This document shows positions 9,189 to 18,324 of a DNA stretch of 64,000 bases, piece by piece. The stretch lies in assembly GCA_963663225.1 (NCBI GenBank), contig OY760142.1, forward strand, positions 1,664,001-1,728,000, read 5' to 3'. The notes under the pieces were generated by a model. That model had not been told where the DNA came from and made no database searches. It saw only the letters and a program-made list of their open reading frames with translations. The position numbers were made by a program, and so were the translations under genes. The stretch's first letter is position 1, and the number at the start of each line of letters is the position of its first letter. The DNA is from Nitrospirota bacterium. GTDB taxonomy: Bacteria; Nitrospirota; UBA9217.

Positions 9189-9581
9189 CTACAGCAGGCC
9201 TGCTATGGTTTGTTTTTGCAGCTGCTTTTCAATATCCTTGCGCATTTCCACCCAGACCGGATGGACCGTGCACGACGCGCTCAGCGCGCATTTGTTTTCC
9301 TGGATTGCGCACACATTGATGCAGGTCGGCCCCTGGACAGCCTCCATGACCGAGAGCAGGGATATTGCCGAGGGCTTCCGGGCGAGTTGAAAACCGCCGG
9401 CGGCGCCCCGCGTTGAAATGAGCAGCTGGCTGCGGACCAGACGCTGCAGAATCTTTGCGAGAAAACTTTTGGGAATATGCATCGCCCGGGCTATTTCCGC
9501 GGCGCTCGCGGGCCGTTCCCGCTCCCGCGCAAGATAGAGCACCGTTCGGATGGCATAATCTGTTTCACGGGTGATCAGCAT
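9189..9581 (-). CDS. Rrf2-family transcriptional regulator with Cys ligands (probable Fe-S sensor)
   Basis: TRETDYAIR and STRGAAGGFQLA motifs; C-terminal CAIQENKCALSASCTVH. Confidence 0.93.
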   Translation of the reverse strand: MLITRETDYAIRTVLYLARERERPASAAEIARAMHIPKSFLAKILQRLVRSQLLISTRGAAGGFQLARKPSAISLLSVMEAVQGPTCINVCAIQENKCALSASCTVHPVWVEMRKDIEKQLQKQTIAGLL

Positions 9582-9625
9582 ATTTATTTTCGGTATACGC
9601 CTCGAATCTGTTCGCTCGCCCCATA

Positions 9626-9644
9626 TAGGACATAGTACGTCCTA
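9626..9644. promoter_or_regulatory. Candidate Rrf2 operator (inverted repeat)
   Basis: TAGGAC-N7-GTCCTA lies just downstream of the minus-strand promoter TTGACA-16-TACAGT (9657-9684). Confidence 0.6.
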
Positions 9645-9807
9645 ATTATGAATTTAACTGTAGCAAAGAATATTGTGTTGTCAAGCTTTGCTCCGGAACT
9701 TTTCCGTGGGGGTTTTCCTGCACGATACTGCATGTGTTTGCATAAAAAATATTCAGGCCGCTAAAAAAATGCAGTTTTTTATTGTAAAAATAATATGTTA
9801 TAGATTA

Positions 9808-9834
9808 TTAGCACTCTACTTGACAGAGTGCTAA
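9808..9834 (+). promoter_or_regulatory. CIRCE element 1 (HrcA operator) overlapping a sigma70 promoter
   Basis: Perfect TTAGCACTC-N9-GAGTGCTAA. The spacer contains TTGACA (9820-9825), with TATAGT 17 bp downstream. Confidence 0.95.
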
Positions 9835-10137
9835 TCGAGTGCTATAGTATTGCCTAGTTGCTGAAGGATTTGCATCGGCAGCTCTAAACCAGGAAAGCAG
9901 CATCAAGCAAGATTTAAAAAGCACTACGTTTTGCCTGTTCTTCCTTAGTATACGCTTTCGTTTGCGTTGCCGACAGGAAAGCTTCTTGAGGCAAGTACAA
10001 TCAACTTTACGGAATATGGTTGCACTTTTTTCTGTAATATTAATCGTTGCTGAATGAAAAAGACCGAGACCGGTTTATGAAAGCATGAGCGCGTAAAAAT
10101 AACCACTTGACACAAAAGAGCCCCTTGTGTTAGATTA

Positions 10138-10164
10138 TTAGCACTCTATGCGCATGAGTGCTAA
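10138..10164 (+). promoter_or_regulatory. CIRCE element 2 directly upstream of hrcA
   Basis: Perfect TTAGCACTC-N9-GAGTGCTAA; TTGACA-18-TAGATT promoter at 10107-10136. Confidence 0.97.
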
Positions 10165-10174
10165 GAGGGTTATT

Positions 10175-11221
10175 ATGGAGTTGGAAGAAAGAAATAAAAG
10201 AGTTCTTCAGGCCGTCATAGACAGTTATATTGCGAGTGGCGCCCCAATCGGGTCTTCTGTTTTGGTGAAGCGGTTTGATTTCGGAGTAAGCTCGGCCACC
10301 CTCCGGAACATCATGGCGGAACTGGAGGAACTGGGGTATCTTACCCATCCGCACACGTCGGCAGGCAGGATTCCGACGGACCGCGGATACCGGTATTATA
10401 TCGACAGCCTGATCAGCGTGGAAAACGATGCGGATGAGTTCGGCGACCAGCTTCGCCAGGCACCGCCGCTTCACGGCGACGATATTAATGACCTCATGGA
10501 AGAGGCAAGCCGGTTTCTTGCGACGCTTTCGCACTGCGCAGGCGTGGTGGTGGCGCCGTCCGAGCCTGAGGTGAACTATCGCCACATCGAGTTCGTGCGG
10601 CTGCGGGGAAGACAGGTCCTTATCATTTTCGTTACGGATGGCGGGACCGTGCAGAACAAGCTGATTGAGCTTGACGAAAGCGTCCGCCAGCATGATTTGA
10701 ATGTGTTCAGCTCCTATCTCGACGAGGAGCTTGAGCACTGGTCCCTGCCTGAAATCAGGCAGCGGGTGCTGGAAAGGCTGGCGGAGGAAAAACGCCTCTT
10801 TGTGAAGCTGATGGAGGAAACGTACCAGGCCAGCCAGCAGGTCCGGGAGCGTGAAAGCGAAAAAGTCTACATCGGCGGCGCATCACAGATGCTGGAGAGC
10901 CCGGAATTTGCCACGGTCGAGAGAATGAAGGCCCTCCTGAAGGCCTTTGAAGACAAGTATAAACTGCTCAAGCTCCTGGACCGGAGCGTGGCCGCGCAGG
11001 GCATTAAAGTTTTTATCGGGTCCGAAAACCCCAACTTCGAGATGCAGGGCTGCAGCATGATCGTGAGCAGCTACAAGGCGGGAACGAACATTGTCGGCAC
11101 GCTCGGGGTGATCGGCCCCACGAGGATGCAGTATAAGCAGGTGATCCAGGTCGTGGATTATACATCGAAGTTGCTTTCAAAACTACTGGAAGAGCGGTTT
11201 CAGCGGGGAATAGAACGATGA
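10175..11221 (+). CDS. hrcA: Heat-inducible transcription repressor HrcA
   Basis: SSATLRNIMAELEELGYLTHPHTSAGRIPTDRGYR and GVIGPTRM motifs; CIRCE upstream. Confidence 0.97.
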   Translation: MELEERNKRVLQAVIDSYIASGAPIGSSVLVKRFDFGVSSATLRNIMAELEELGYLTHPHTSAGRIPTDRGYRYYIDSLISVENDADEFGDQLRQAPPLHGDDINDLMEEASRFLATLSHCAGVVVAPSEPEVNYRHIEFVRLRGRQVLIIFVTDGGTVQNKLIELDESVRQHDLNVFSSYLDEELEHWSLPEIRQRVLERLAEEKRLFVKLMEETYQASQQVRERESEKVYIGGASQMLESPEFATVERMKALLKAFEDKYKLLKLLDRSVAAQGIKVFIGSENPNFEMQGCSMIVSSYKAGTNIVGTLGVIGPTRMQYKQVIQVVDYTSKLLSKLLEERFQRGIER

Positions 11222-11883
11222 CCAGAAAGCACAGCCATAGCCATCATAAGGATCGGAACGAAGAAGCACCAGTCCACCCGGAGATGCAGGAGGAGCAGAC
11301 GGTGGAAACCGTTGCTGCGCAGCCTCCGGAAGTTGAACACCTTGCCGCGGCGCTGGAGCAGAAAACGAAAGAGGCCGCGGAAGCGAACGAGAAATATCTC
11401 AGGACGTATGCCGATTTTGAAAATTACCGCAAGCGCATGCAGCGCGACCTTGCGGAATTCCGCAAATACGCGAATGAACAGCTTGCCCTGGAGCTGTTGA
11501 GCGTTCTGGACCACCTGGGGCTTGCGTGCAAACATGCGGGCGACCCGAACGGGACGGTCCAGGCGCTGCAGGAAGGCGTGGAACTGGTGTACAAGCAGTT
11601 TCGCGACGTGCTCGAGAAGTTCGGCGTCAAGTCATTTGCCGCCGAAGGAGAGCCGTTCGATCCGGTCCGCCACGACGCGCTGATGCAGGTCGTGAAGGAA
11701 GACGTGCCGGAGAACACCGTCGTTCAGGTGCTGCAGGACGGCTATCAGTACTACGACAAGGTGCTGCGCCACGCGAAAGTGGGCGTGTCGAAACATCCAC
11801 CCAAAGCGGAGGCCGCGGACCCGGAGCCTTCGCCGCAGGAAGGGACCGGCGGGGAATACGGAAACAGGGAGTACGGCAACTAA
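11218..11883 (+). CDS. grpE: Nucleotide exchange factor GrpE
   Basis: ADFENYRKR, FDPVRHDAL and GY...VLRHAKV motifs; operon position. Confidence 0.97.
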   Translation: MTRKHSHSHHKDRNEEAPVHPEMQEEQTVETVAAQPPEVEHLAAALEQKTKEAAEANEKYLRTYADFENYRKRMQRDLAEFRKYANEQLALELLSVLDHLGLACKHAGDPNGTVQALQEGVELVYKQFRDVLEKFGVKSFAAEGEPFDPVRHDALMQVVKEDVPENTVVQVLQDGYQYYDKVLRHAKVGVSKHPPKAEAADPEPSPQEGTGGEYGNREYGN

Positions 11884-11958
11884 CAGAAGAAATCAGGAAA
11901 CGAAAACAACATTCCGCATTTATCATACGGGTGAAAACAACGAGTCAAGGAGGACAGT

Positions 11959-13881
11959 ATGGCAAAAGTTATCGGCATTGATCTGGGTACAACCAACTCT
12001 TGCGTGGCGATCATGGAGCATGGCGAGCCCGTCGTTATTCCGAATTCAGAGGGAAGCCGCACCACGCCGTCCGTGGTGGCCATTACCGAGAGCGGAGAAC
12101 GGCTGGTCGGTCAGATCGCGAAACGGCAGGCAATCACCAACCCGGACAACACAATATTTTCGATCAAGCGTCTTATCGGCAGAAAGTACGATTCTGTGGA
12201 AGTTACCGAGGCAAAGAAGCATCTTCCGTATAAAATCGTAAAGGCCGCAAACAACGACGCGCATGTGGATATCCGCGGCAAGGTATACAGCCCCGCGGAA
12301 ATTTCAGCCATGATTCTGCAGAAAATGAAGCAGACGGCGGAAGACTATCTCGGCGAGAAAGTGACCGACGCCGTCATCACCGTGCCGGCGTATTTCAACG
12401 ACAGCCAGCGGCAGGCCACGAAAGACGCGGGCCTGATCTCCGGACTGAATGTGCTCCGCATCATCAACGAACCCACGGCTGCATCGCTGGCGTACGGCCT
12501 CGATAAGAAGAAGGACGAGACCATCGCCGTGTATGACCTGGGCGGCGGCACGTTCGACATTTCCATTCTGGAGCTGGGCGAGGGCGTGTTTGAAGTCAAG
12601 TCGACAAACGGCGACACGTTCCTGGGCGGCGATGATTTCGACGACCGCATCATCAAGTGGCTGGTCGATGAGTTCAAGAAGGACCAGGGCATTGATCTCA
12701 GCAAAGACAAGATGGCCCTCCAACGGCTGAAAGAGGGCGCGGAGAAGGCGAAGTGCGAGCTCTCCACGGTCATGGAGACCGAGATCAATCTGCCGTTCAT
12801 TACGGCGGACGCGAGCGGTCCCAAGCATCTGCTGTACAAGCTGTCGCGGGCGAAATTCGAACAGATCGTGGGCGACCTTGTCTCCCGCAGCATCGAGCCG
12901 CTCAAGAAGGCCCTGGCGGACGCCAACAAGACCGTTGACCAGATCAACGAGGCGGTCATGGTCGGCGGCCAGACGCGCACGCCCCGGGTGATCGCGGCCG
13001 TGAAGGAATTTTTCAAGAAAGACCCGCACCGGGGAGTGAACCCTGATGAAGTGGTCGCCATCGGCGCGGCGATCCAGGGGGCTGTTCTTACCGGGCAGGT
13101 GAAAGACGTGCTGCTGCTCGACGTGACGCCGCTATCGCTCGGCATCGAAACGCTGGGCGGAGTATCCACCAAACTCATCGAGCGGAACACCACCATTCCG
13201 TCGAAGAAAAGCCAGATATTCTCCACCGCGTCGGACAACCAGACCGCGGTCTCCATCCATGTTGTCCAGGGAGAGCGCGAAATGGCGGGGGACAATAAAA
13301 CGCTGGGCCGGTTCGAACTCGTCGGCATCCCGCCCGCGCCGCGCGGCATTCCGCAGGTTGAAGTGACGTTCGACATTGATGCGAACGGCATTGTGCATGT
13401 GATGGCAAAGGACCTCGGCACCGGCAGGGAGCAGTCAATCAAGATCACCGCCTCTTCCGGACTCTCGAAGGATGAGATCGATCGCGCCGTGAAGGAAGCG
13501 GAGGCGCACACCGCCGACGATAAAAAGAAACGCGAGTCTGCAGAAGCGCGGAACGAGGCGGACACGCTCATTTACTCGGTCGAGAAATCCGTCGCCGATT
13601 ATGGTTCAAAACTGTCCGACACGGAGCGGTCGGACATCCAGAAGGCGCTGGACCAGGCAAAGAGCGTAAAGGACGGCAACGACGTGGAAGCCATCAAGAA
13701 AGCCACGGCGGAGCTTGCCAAGGCATCGCACAAGCTCGCCGAAGAGGTCTATACGAAGATGAGCAAAGACCAGGCCGGCGGAGCGGGCGCGGCCGCGGGC
13801 GCTGCAGGCGGAGACGGAAAGAAGCCTGACGAGAAAGTCGTGGACGCCGAATTCGAGGAAGTGGACAAGGACAAGAAGTAA
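11959..13881 (+). CDS. dnaK: Chaperone DnaK
   Basis: [20 protein letters not shown] and [11 protein letters not shown] motifs. Confidence 0.99.
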   Translation: MAKVIGIDLGTTNSCVAIMEHGEPVVIPNSEGSRTTPSVVAITESGERLVGQIAKRQAITNPDNTIFSIKRLIGRKYDSVEVTEAKKHLPYKIVKAANNDAHVDIRGKVYSPAEISAMILQKMKQTAEDYLGEKVTDAVITVPAYFNDSQRQATKDAGLISGLNVLRIINEPTAASLAYGLDKKKDETIAVYDLGGGTFDISILELGEGVFEVKSTNGDTFLGGDDFDDRIIKWLVDEFKKDQGIDLSKDKMALQRLKEGAEKAKCELSTVMETEINLPFITADASGPKHLLYKLSRAKFEQIVGDLVSRSIEPLKKALADANKTVDQINEAVMVGGQTRTPRVIAAVKEFFKKDPHRGVNPDEVVAIGAAIQGAVLTGQVKDVLLLDVTPLSLGIETLGGVSTKLIERNTTIPSKKSQIFSTASDNQTAVSIHVVQGEREMAGDNKTLGRFELVGIPPAPRGIPQVEVTFDIDANGIVHVMAKDLGTGREQSIKITASSGLSKDEIDRAVKEAEAHTADDKKKRESAEARNEADTLIYSVEKSVADYGSKLSDTERSDIQKALDQAKSVKDGNDVEAIKKATAELAKASHKLAEEVYTKMSKDQAGGAGAAAGAAGGDGKKPDEKVVDAEFEEVDKDKK

Positions 13882-13899
13882 CCGTGAGCATGAACGATC

Positions 13900-13952
13900 A
13901 AGAGGATAGCAGGAGGAGGGGGAAGACCCCGGTGCCTGCTATCCTCTTTTTG
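13900..13952 (+). terminator. Stem-loop/terminator between dnaK and dnaJ
   Basis: 14-bp stem AAGAGGATAGCAGG/CCTGCTATCCTCTT followed by a T run. Confidence 0.75.
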
Positions 13953-14050
13953 TTGTTTCAGCAGACACAGAAAAGATAAGTGCTTCCGTCTGCTGGGCGG
14001 TAGACAGTTTCGCCGCTCCGCAGGCAATCATTGTTACCACGAAGGGCTTT

Positions 14051-15157
14051 ATGGCAAAAGACTATTATGAACTGCTCGGCGTCCACCGGAACGCCGGTGA
14101 AGCAGAGCTCAAGCGCGCGTATCGGCGGCTTGCGCTCGAATATCATCCCGACAAAAATCCGGGGAACAAAGCCGCAGAAGAAAAATTCAAGGAAATCAAC
14201 GAAGCGTATGCAGTGCTGTCGGATGCCCAGAAGCGGGCCTACTATGACCAGTACGGGGTGGCCCCGGGAGCGCAGGGGGCCGGACCGGGATTCGGCGCCG
14301 ATATGGGAGATATCTTCGGAAATATTTTCGAAGAGTTTTTCGGCGGTGGCCGCGGCAGGTCCCGGGCGGCTGCGGGCGAAGACCTGCGGTACAATCTCAA
14401 AATAAGTTTCGAAGATGCGGCGTCGGGAACGGCGACCAAAATCCGCGTCCCCCGCTGGGAGGACTGCCCGGAATGCGACGGCACCGGCGCCAGATCCAGA
14501 GACAGCATTACGACCTGCACCACGTGCCGGGGCACCGGCCAGATGCGGATACAGCAGGGCTTTTTTACCATGACGCGCACGTGCTCGCGCTGCGGCGGAT
14601 CGGGGAAGGTCATTACCGATCCGTGCAAAGCATGCGGCGGCAGGAGGCGGGTGGAGAGTGAACGGACGCTCTCGGTGAAAATTCCGGCAGGCGTTGAAAC
14701 GGGCAACATGATCCGCCTGACCGGAGAGGGAGAGCTTGGATCGTATGGCGGGCCTCCCGGCGATCTGTATGTGTATCTGACGGTTGATGAACATCCGCTG
14801 TTCAAACGGGAAGGACAGGACATCGTTTGTGACGTGCCGATCACCTTTACGCAGGCTGCGCTCGGGACCGAACTGGACGTCCCGACGCTGTCCGGAAGCT
14901 CCAGCCTTAAAATTCCGCCGGGAACGCAGCCGGGCCATACCTTCCGGCTGCGCGGAAAAGGTTTTCCCCATCTGCGGGGGTCGGGCACCGGCGATCAGCT
15001 CTGCCGGATCATCGTGGAAGTCCCGGTCAAGCTTTCCTCGAAACAAAAAGAACTGCTGCAGCAGTTCGAACAATTGAGCGGCGACAATGCGACGCCGATT
15101 ACCAGGGGATTTTTCGACAAAGTCAAAGAGGTTTTTGGAGACAAGGCGAAGAAGTGA
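14051..15157 (+). CDS. dnaJ: Chaperone DnaJ
   Basis: HPD motif and four CxxCxGxG-type zinc-finger repeats. Confidence 0.98.
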   Translation: MAKDYYELLGVHRNAGEAELKRAYRRLALEYHPDKNPGNKAAEEKFKEINEAYAVLSDAQKRAYYDQYGVAPGAQGAGPGFGADMGDIFGNIFEEFFGGGRGRSRAAAGEDLRYNLKISFEDAASGTATKIRVPRWEDCPECDGTGARSRDSITTCTTCRGTGQMRIQQGFFTMTRTCSRCGGSGKVITDPCKACGGRRRVESERTLSVKIPAGVETGNMIRLTGEGELGSYGGPPGDLYVYLTVDEHPLFKREGQDIVCDVPITFTQAALGTELDVPTLSGSSSLKIPPGTQPGHTFRLRGKGFPHLRGSGTGDQLCRIIVEVPVKLSSKQKELLQQFEQLSGDNATPITRGFFDKVKEVFGDKAKK

Positions 15158-15777
15158 TCAATGAACTGCACGTTCTGGTCAAAGGGCTTCTGATCGGTTT
15201 TCTGATTGCGGTGCCGGTTGGTCCGATAGGCATCCTGTGCGCGCGCCGTACGCTGATGTACGGACGGAGGGCCGGTTTTTTCTCCGGCATGGGAGCGGCC
15301 ACCGCCGACGTAATTTACGGGTTCATTGCCGCCTTCGGCCTGACCATGATATCGAATTTTCTGGTCGGCCGGCAGTTCTGGCTCAGGCTTCTCGGAGGAG
15401 CAATCCTCTGTTTCATAGGAATCAAAACGCTTCTCGCTGAGCCGGAGAAAAAAAACGACATGCAGTTCTCCGCAAAACACTATGCGGGCATGTATACGTC
15501 CACCTTCCTTCTCACGCTCACCAATCCGATGACGATCTTTTCCTTTGCTGCCATCTTTGCCAGCGTCGGCCTCGCCGGCGCCAAAGGAAGCGCTGCCTTT
15601 GCAGGAGAACTGGTGCTGGGCGTATTTCTCGGCTCCGGATTATGGTGGCTGTTTCTGGTGGGAGTATTCACGCTGTTCAAAAAACGGTTCAAGCACCACG
15701 AACTGCAATGGCTGAACCGTTTTGCCGGCGTCATGATAGCCGGCTCCGGCGTCATCGCCATTCTCAGTTTGCTATAA
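15154..15777 (+). CDS. LysE-family translocator
   Basis: [14 protein letters not shown] and TLTNPMTI motifs; multiple TM helices. Confidence 0.9.
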   Translation: MINELHVLVKGLLIGFLIAVPVGPIGILCARRTLMYGRRAGFFSGMGAATADVIYGFIAAFGLTMISNFLVGRQFWLRLLGGAILCFIGIKTLLAEPEKKNDMQFSAKHYAGMYTSTFLLTLTNPMTIFSFAAIFASVGLAGAKGSAAFAGELVLGVFLGSGLWWLFLVGVFTLFKKRFKHHELQWLNRFAGVMIAGSGVIAILSLL

Positions 15778-16013
15778 CCTTGCCGCGTCTGCGGCGCTGC
15801 TCTTTCTGTCCGGAAAAAATTGCAACCGGGTCTCCGGCGTACTCTCCTTCAATAAATGATTATTCACGCAATCACGCCTTCCTTGACTTTTCAGCAAGTG
15901 TGCTATACTTACACCAGAAATCGCTTTCTGAGGAATCCAAGAATAATTATGCCCGCAGGGAACAACCCGGAGACCAATAACCATCTGAACGTTCAGACAA
16001 GGAGGAGCACTCT

Positions 16014-16511
16014 ATGGATGCACTTGAAATGGCATTAAAAATGGAAACAGACGCCGTCCAGTTTTATACCGAAGCTTCGGAAAAGACGAAGTATCCGGCC
16101 GGAAAAAAAATGTTTTTGGCCATTGCAGAGGACGAGAAAAGACACATCGAAATAATTTCCCAGATTATCAAAGGGCTCCAAATGACGCCCCGCGACGTGA
16201 CGCCGCTTACAAACGTCAAAACTATTTTCGAAAGCATGAAGAGTGAAATGATGAAAAAAGTCGCGGCTTCCCCCGATGACATGGAGGCCTTCAAAATCGC
16301 CATGAAGATGGAGCAGGAAGGCGTGGATTTCTACAAGAACACGCTTGCCAAGGCGACGAAGGACAAGGAAAAGGCCCTGCTTGAACGGCTTATCAGCGAA
16401 GAGAAGCAGCATTACGCCATGTTTGCGAACACCTACGAGTACCTGGAAAAAACAGGCCAATGGTTCCTTTGGGAAGAGAGTCCGATCCGCTCCATGATCG
16501 AAGGCGGCTGA
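16014..16511 (+). CDS. Rubrerythrin/ferritin-like di-iron protein
   Basis: Duplicated A..ME....FY and E..H motifs (EDEKRH, EEKQH); AGGAGG RBS. Confidence 0.9.
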   Translation: MDALEMALKMETDAVQFYTEASEKTKYPAGKKMFLAIAEDEKRHIEIISQIIKGLQMTPRDVTPLTNVKTIFESMKSEMMKKVAASPDDMEAFKIAMKMEQEGVDFYKNTLAKATKDKEKALLERLISEEKQHYAMFANTYEYLEKTGQWFLWEESPIRSMIEGG

Positions 16512-16532
16512 TTCGGAGCATTCGGAAGAGAG

Positions 16533-16567
16533 AAAAAAAAGAGCCCGGCAAAAAGCCGGGCTCTTTT
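16533..16567. terminator. Bidirectional Rho-independent terminator
   Basis: A-run, GAGCCCGGC-aaaaa-GCCGGGCTC, T-run, between convergent genes. Confidence 0.9.
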
Positions 16568-16588
16568 AATGCCGATCGTCAGAGCCTG

Positions 16589-16651
16589 CTAGCAGGAGCT
16601 CTTGCATTTACAGGTCAATGCAGCCTTTTTCGTCACCTTTTTGATTGTCAT
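16589..16651 (-). CDS. Putative radical SAM-modified peptide precursor, 20 aa, MTIKKVTKKAALTCKCKSSC (absent from the ORF track)
   Basis: Hand translation ATG(16651) to TAG(16589). RBS AAAGGAGGAG 5 nt upstream. Lies 70 bp downstream of the rSAM/SPASM gene on the same strand and about 20 bp before the terminator. Confidence 0.8.
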   Translation of the reverse strand: MTIKKVTKKAALTCKCKSSC

Positions 16652-16721
16652 GCCGACTCCTCCTTTCTGAATTACGCTTGCGATAATTACGGTTAAATAC
16701 AAAAGGGTTCATCCGCGTTTT

Positions 16722-17852
16722 TCATAGTATACCATAAAACATGCAGCGGTACGGGTCCTTGCCTCCCGGGCCTTCCAGGAGTTCGGCCCGGTATCTGCAG
16801 CCTCCCCGGCATATTTCCAGATACTGGCAATTGCAGCTGAGATTGCTCAGGCGGACCGGCCGTATCCGCTTCCATGCCGCGCGCAGTCCGTCTGCGATAG
16901 TGCCGACTGCTTTGTCCGTGTAAAAGGTGCACTTTGCGATCCGGCCGTCAGCCAGAACCGACAGGAGATGGAGCCCGCATCCGTAGCCCTGCCCGTAGGA
17001 ATGGAGACCGCCGCCGAAACCGTATCCCAGATATTTCGCGCCCTGCTCGGGGGTTACTTGAAGATCTGCATTTTCCCTGAGCCGGCCGGCAATGCAGGGG
17101 ATGTCCACGGTCCAGTCTTTAATGTCCAGGTCTTTGAATATTTTTTCCATCTGGTCGAAATCGGAAAGGTTGCCCTGATGCACCATGGTAGAAATGGAAA
17201 CCGCAAACCCGGCATCAAGCGCACGATGAACGGCTTCCATGGCACGATGATACGACCCGGCCCCCCTGACTTTGTCATGGGCCTGTTCGAGGCCGTCGAT
17301 GCTCACCTGGATTTCGTGGACTTTGAGCGTCTTCAGTTTTTCCTTTGTCAGAAGCAGGCCGTTGGTGAACAGGACGCAGCGCAGTGAAAAGCCGGGCAGC
17401 ATTTCGTTGATGAGCGAAAACCGGGTGTGCAGCAGCGGTTCTCCGCCGGTGATGAGCACCCGCAGACCCTGCATCGCTTCAAATTCGGACAGGACGGATT
17501 TGATCTGGTCCGGTGCAAGTTCGTTCACGGGGCCCGGGTTGAGGTAGCAGTGCCTGCAGTGCAGGTTGCACGCGTCGGTAATCTGGAGTTCGAGATACCG
17601 GAGCGACGGCATCGGGGCAGGTGCGAGGAGCGGCCGCGGCAACGGCAAGCGAGTCGTCGTCAATAGCCGCTCTTCGATGCAGTAGTCTATAAAGGCGCCA
17701 TCCTGCGAATCGCAGCCCTTGTCCGACGCGCACTCTTTCAGAAAGCGAAAAGATTCGTGGTCGAGTTCATATAATTCATCCCGCGCAATCTGATATACGG
17801 AAGGAGTTTCGAGCATTTTGAGCGCTACGCCGCGCGCAAGGTAGTAACGCAT
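16722..17852 (-). CDS. Radical SAM/SPASM protein with N-terminal RRE (PqqD-like) domain; putative peptide maturase
   Basis: CNLHCRHC, TGGEP and SIDG motifs. SPASM C..GRIAKC...CxC-x5-C-x3-C-x17-C. N-terminal domain of about 65 aa with RRE-like pattern (SVYQIARDELYELDHESFRFL). Start reassigned to MRYYL. Confidence 0.88.
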   Translation of the reverse strand: MRYYLARGVALKMLETPSVYQIARDELYELDHESFRFLKECASDKGCDSQDGAFIDYCIEERLLTTTRLPLPRPLLAPAPMPSLRYLELQITDACNLHCRHCYLNPGPVNELAPDQIKSVLSEFEAMQGLRVLITGGEPLLHTRFSLINEMLPGFSLRCVLFTNGLLLTKEKLKTLKVHEIQVSIDGLEQAHDKVRGAGSYHRAMEAVHRALDAGFAVSISTMVHQGNLSDFDQMEKIFKDLDIKDWTVDIPCIAGRLRENADLQVTPEQGAKYLGYGFGGGLHSYGQGYGCGLHLLSVLADGRIAKCTFYTDKAVGTIADGLRAAWKRIRPVRLSNLSCNCQYLEICRGGCRYRAELLEGPGGKDPYRCMFYGIL

Positions 17853-17858
17853 GCAGTT

Positions 17859-17891
17859 ATTATAGCACCGCGATTTTGATTCTGCTATAAT
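17859..17891. promoter_or_regulatory. Back-to-back extended -10 promoters
   Basis: ATTATAGCA-N15-TGCTATAAT gives TGCTATAAT on both strands, 6 and 7 nt from the two divergent ATGs. Confidence 0.7.
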
Positions 17892-17898
17892 CTGTACC

Positions 17899-18249
17899 AT
17901 GTGCAAGGAGTTTTCCCTGAAGCAGATGGTTTGCCTTCCGTTGTGCGCGTACTACAAGCCTGACAAGAATGAAGACCTCATCTGCAAGGGCTATCAGGTG
18001 GTGAAGCAGCTGCAGCAGCAGGGCAGAACGCTCACCGTGGAAGCATCCTGCTCTGCTGCTGACCATGCGACAAGGGAAATGCTTGTGCAGAAGCTGTGCA
18101 TGACCTGCGACTTCCATGAACAGGATTGCGATTTCATGATTGACCGCGCAGCCAAACCGTGCGGAGGTTTCATACTTTTGGCACAGCTTCTCGCTGCGCA
18201 GCGCATATCACTTGCTGATATTGAGTTGCTGCCGAACAACGGAAGGTAA
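17899..18249 (+). CDS. Small Cys-rich hypothetical protein (probable metal binding)
   Basis: 9 Cys in 116 aa: CLPLCAYYKP, CKG, CMTCDF...CDF, PCGG. Confidence 0.75.
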   Translation: MCKEFSLKQMVCLPLCAYYKPDKNEDLICKGYQVVKQLQQQGRTLTVEASCSAADHATREMLVQKLCMTCDFHEQDCDFMIDRAAKPCGGFILLAQLLAAQRISLADIELLPNNGR

Positions 18250-18324
18250 ACAGAACACGCAGTTTTTATTGCAGGCATTTTTTCCGCACAGCCGCACGGC
18301 GTATGACAGAGAAGGAGAACGAGT

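Noticed and set aside
11850-11880. Short tandem duplication at the grpE 3' end (EYGNREYGN)
   Set aside because: A 15-bp imperfect repeat in a disordered tail, with no evidence of function.
16500-16591. Pyrrolysine-type readthrough of the peptide TAG stop
   Set aside because: The downstream frame runs straight into the terminator hairpin and no pyl genes are seen in the window. A simple stop is more parsimonious.
16722-17852. rSAM as a heme-biosynthesis (AhbC/AhbD/NirJ) or PqqE enzyme
   Set aside because: No ahb, nir or pqq genes are adjacent, and the RRE-like N-terminus plus adjacent Cys peptide fit a maturase better. Not formally excluded without an HMM search.
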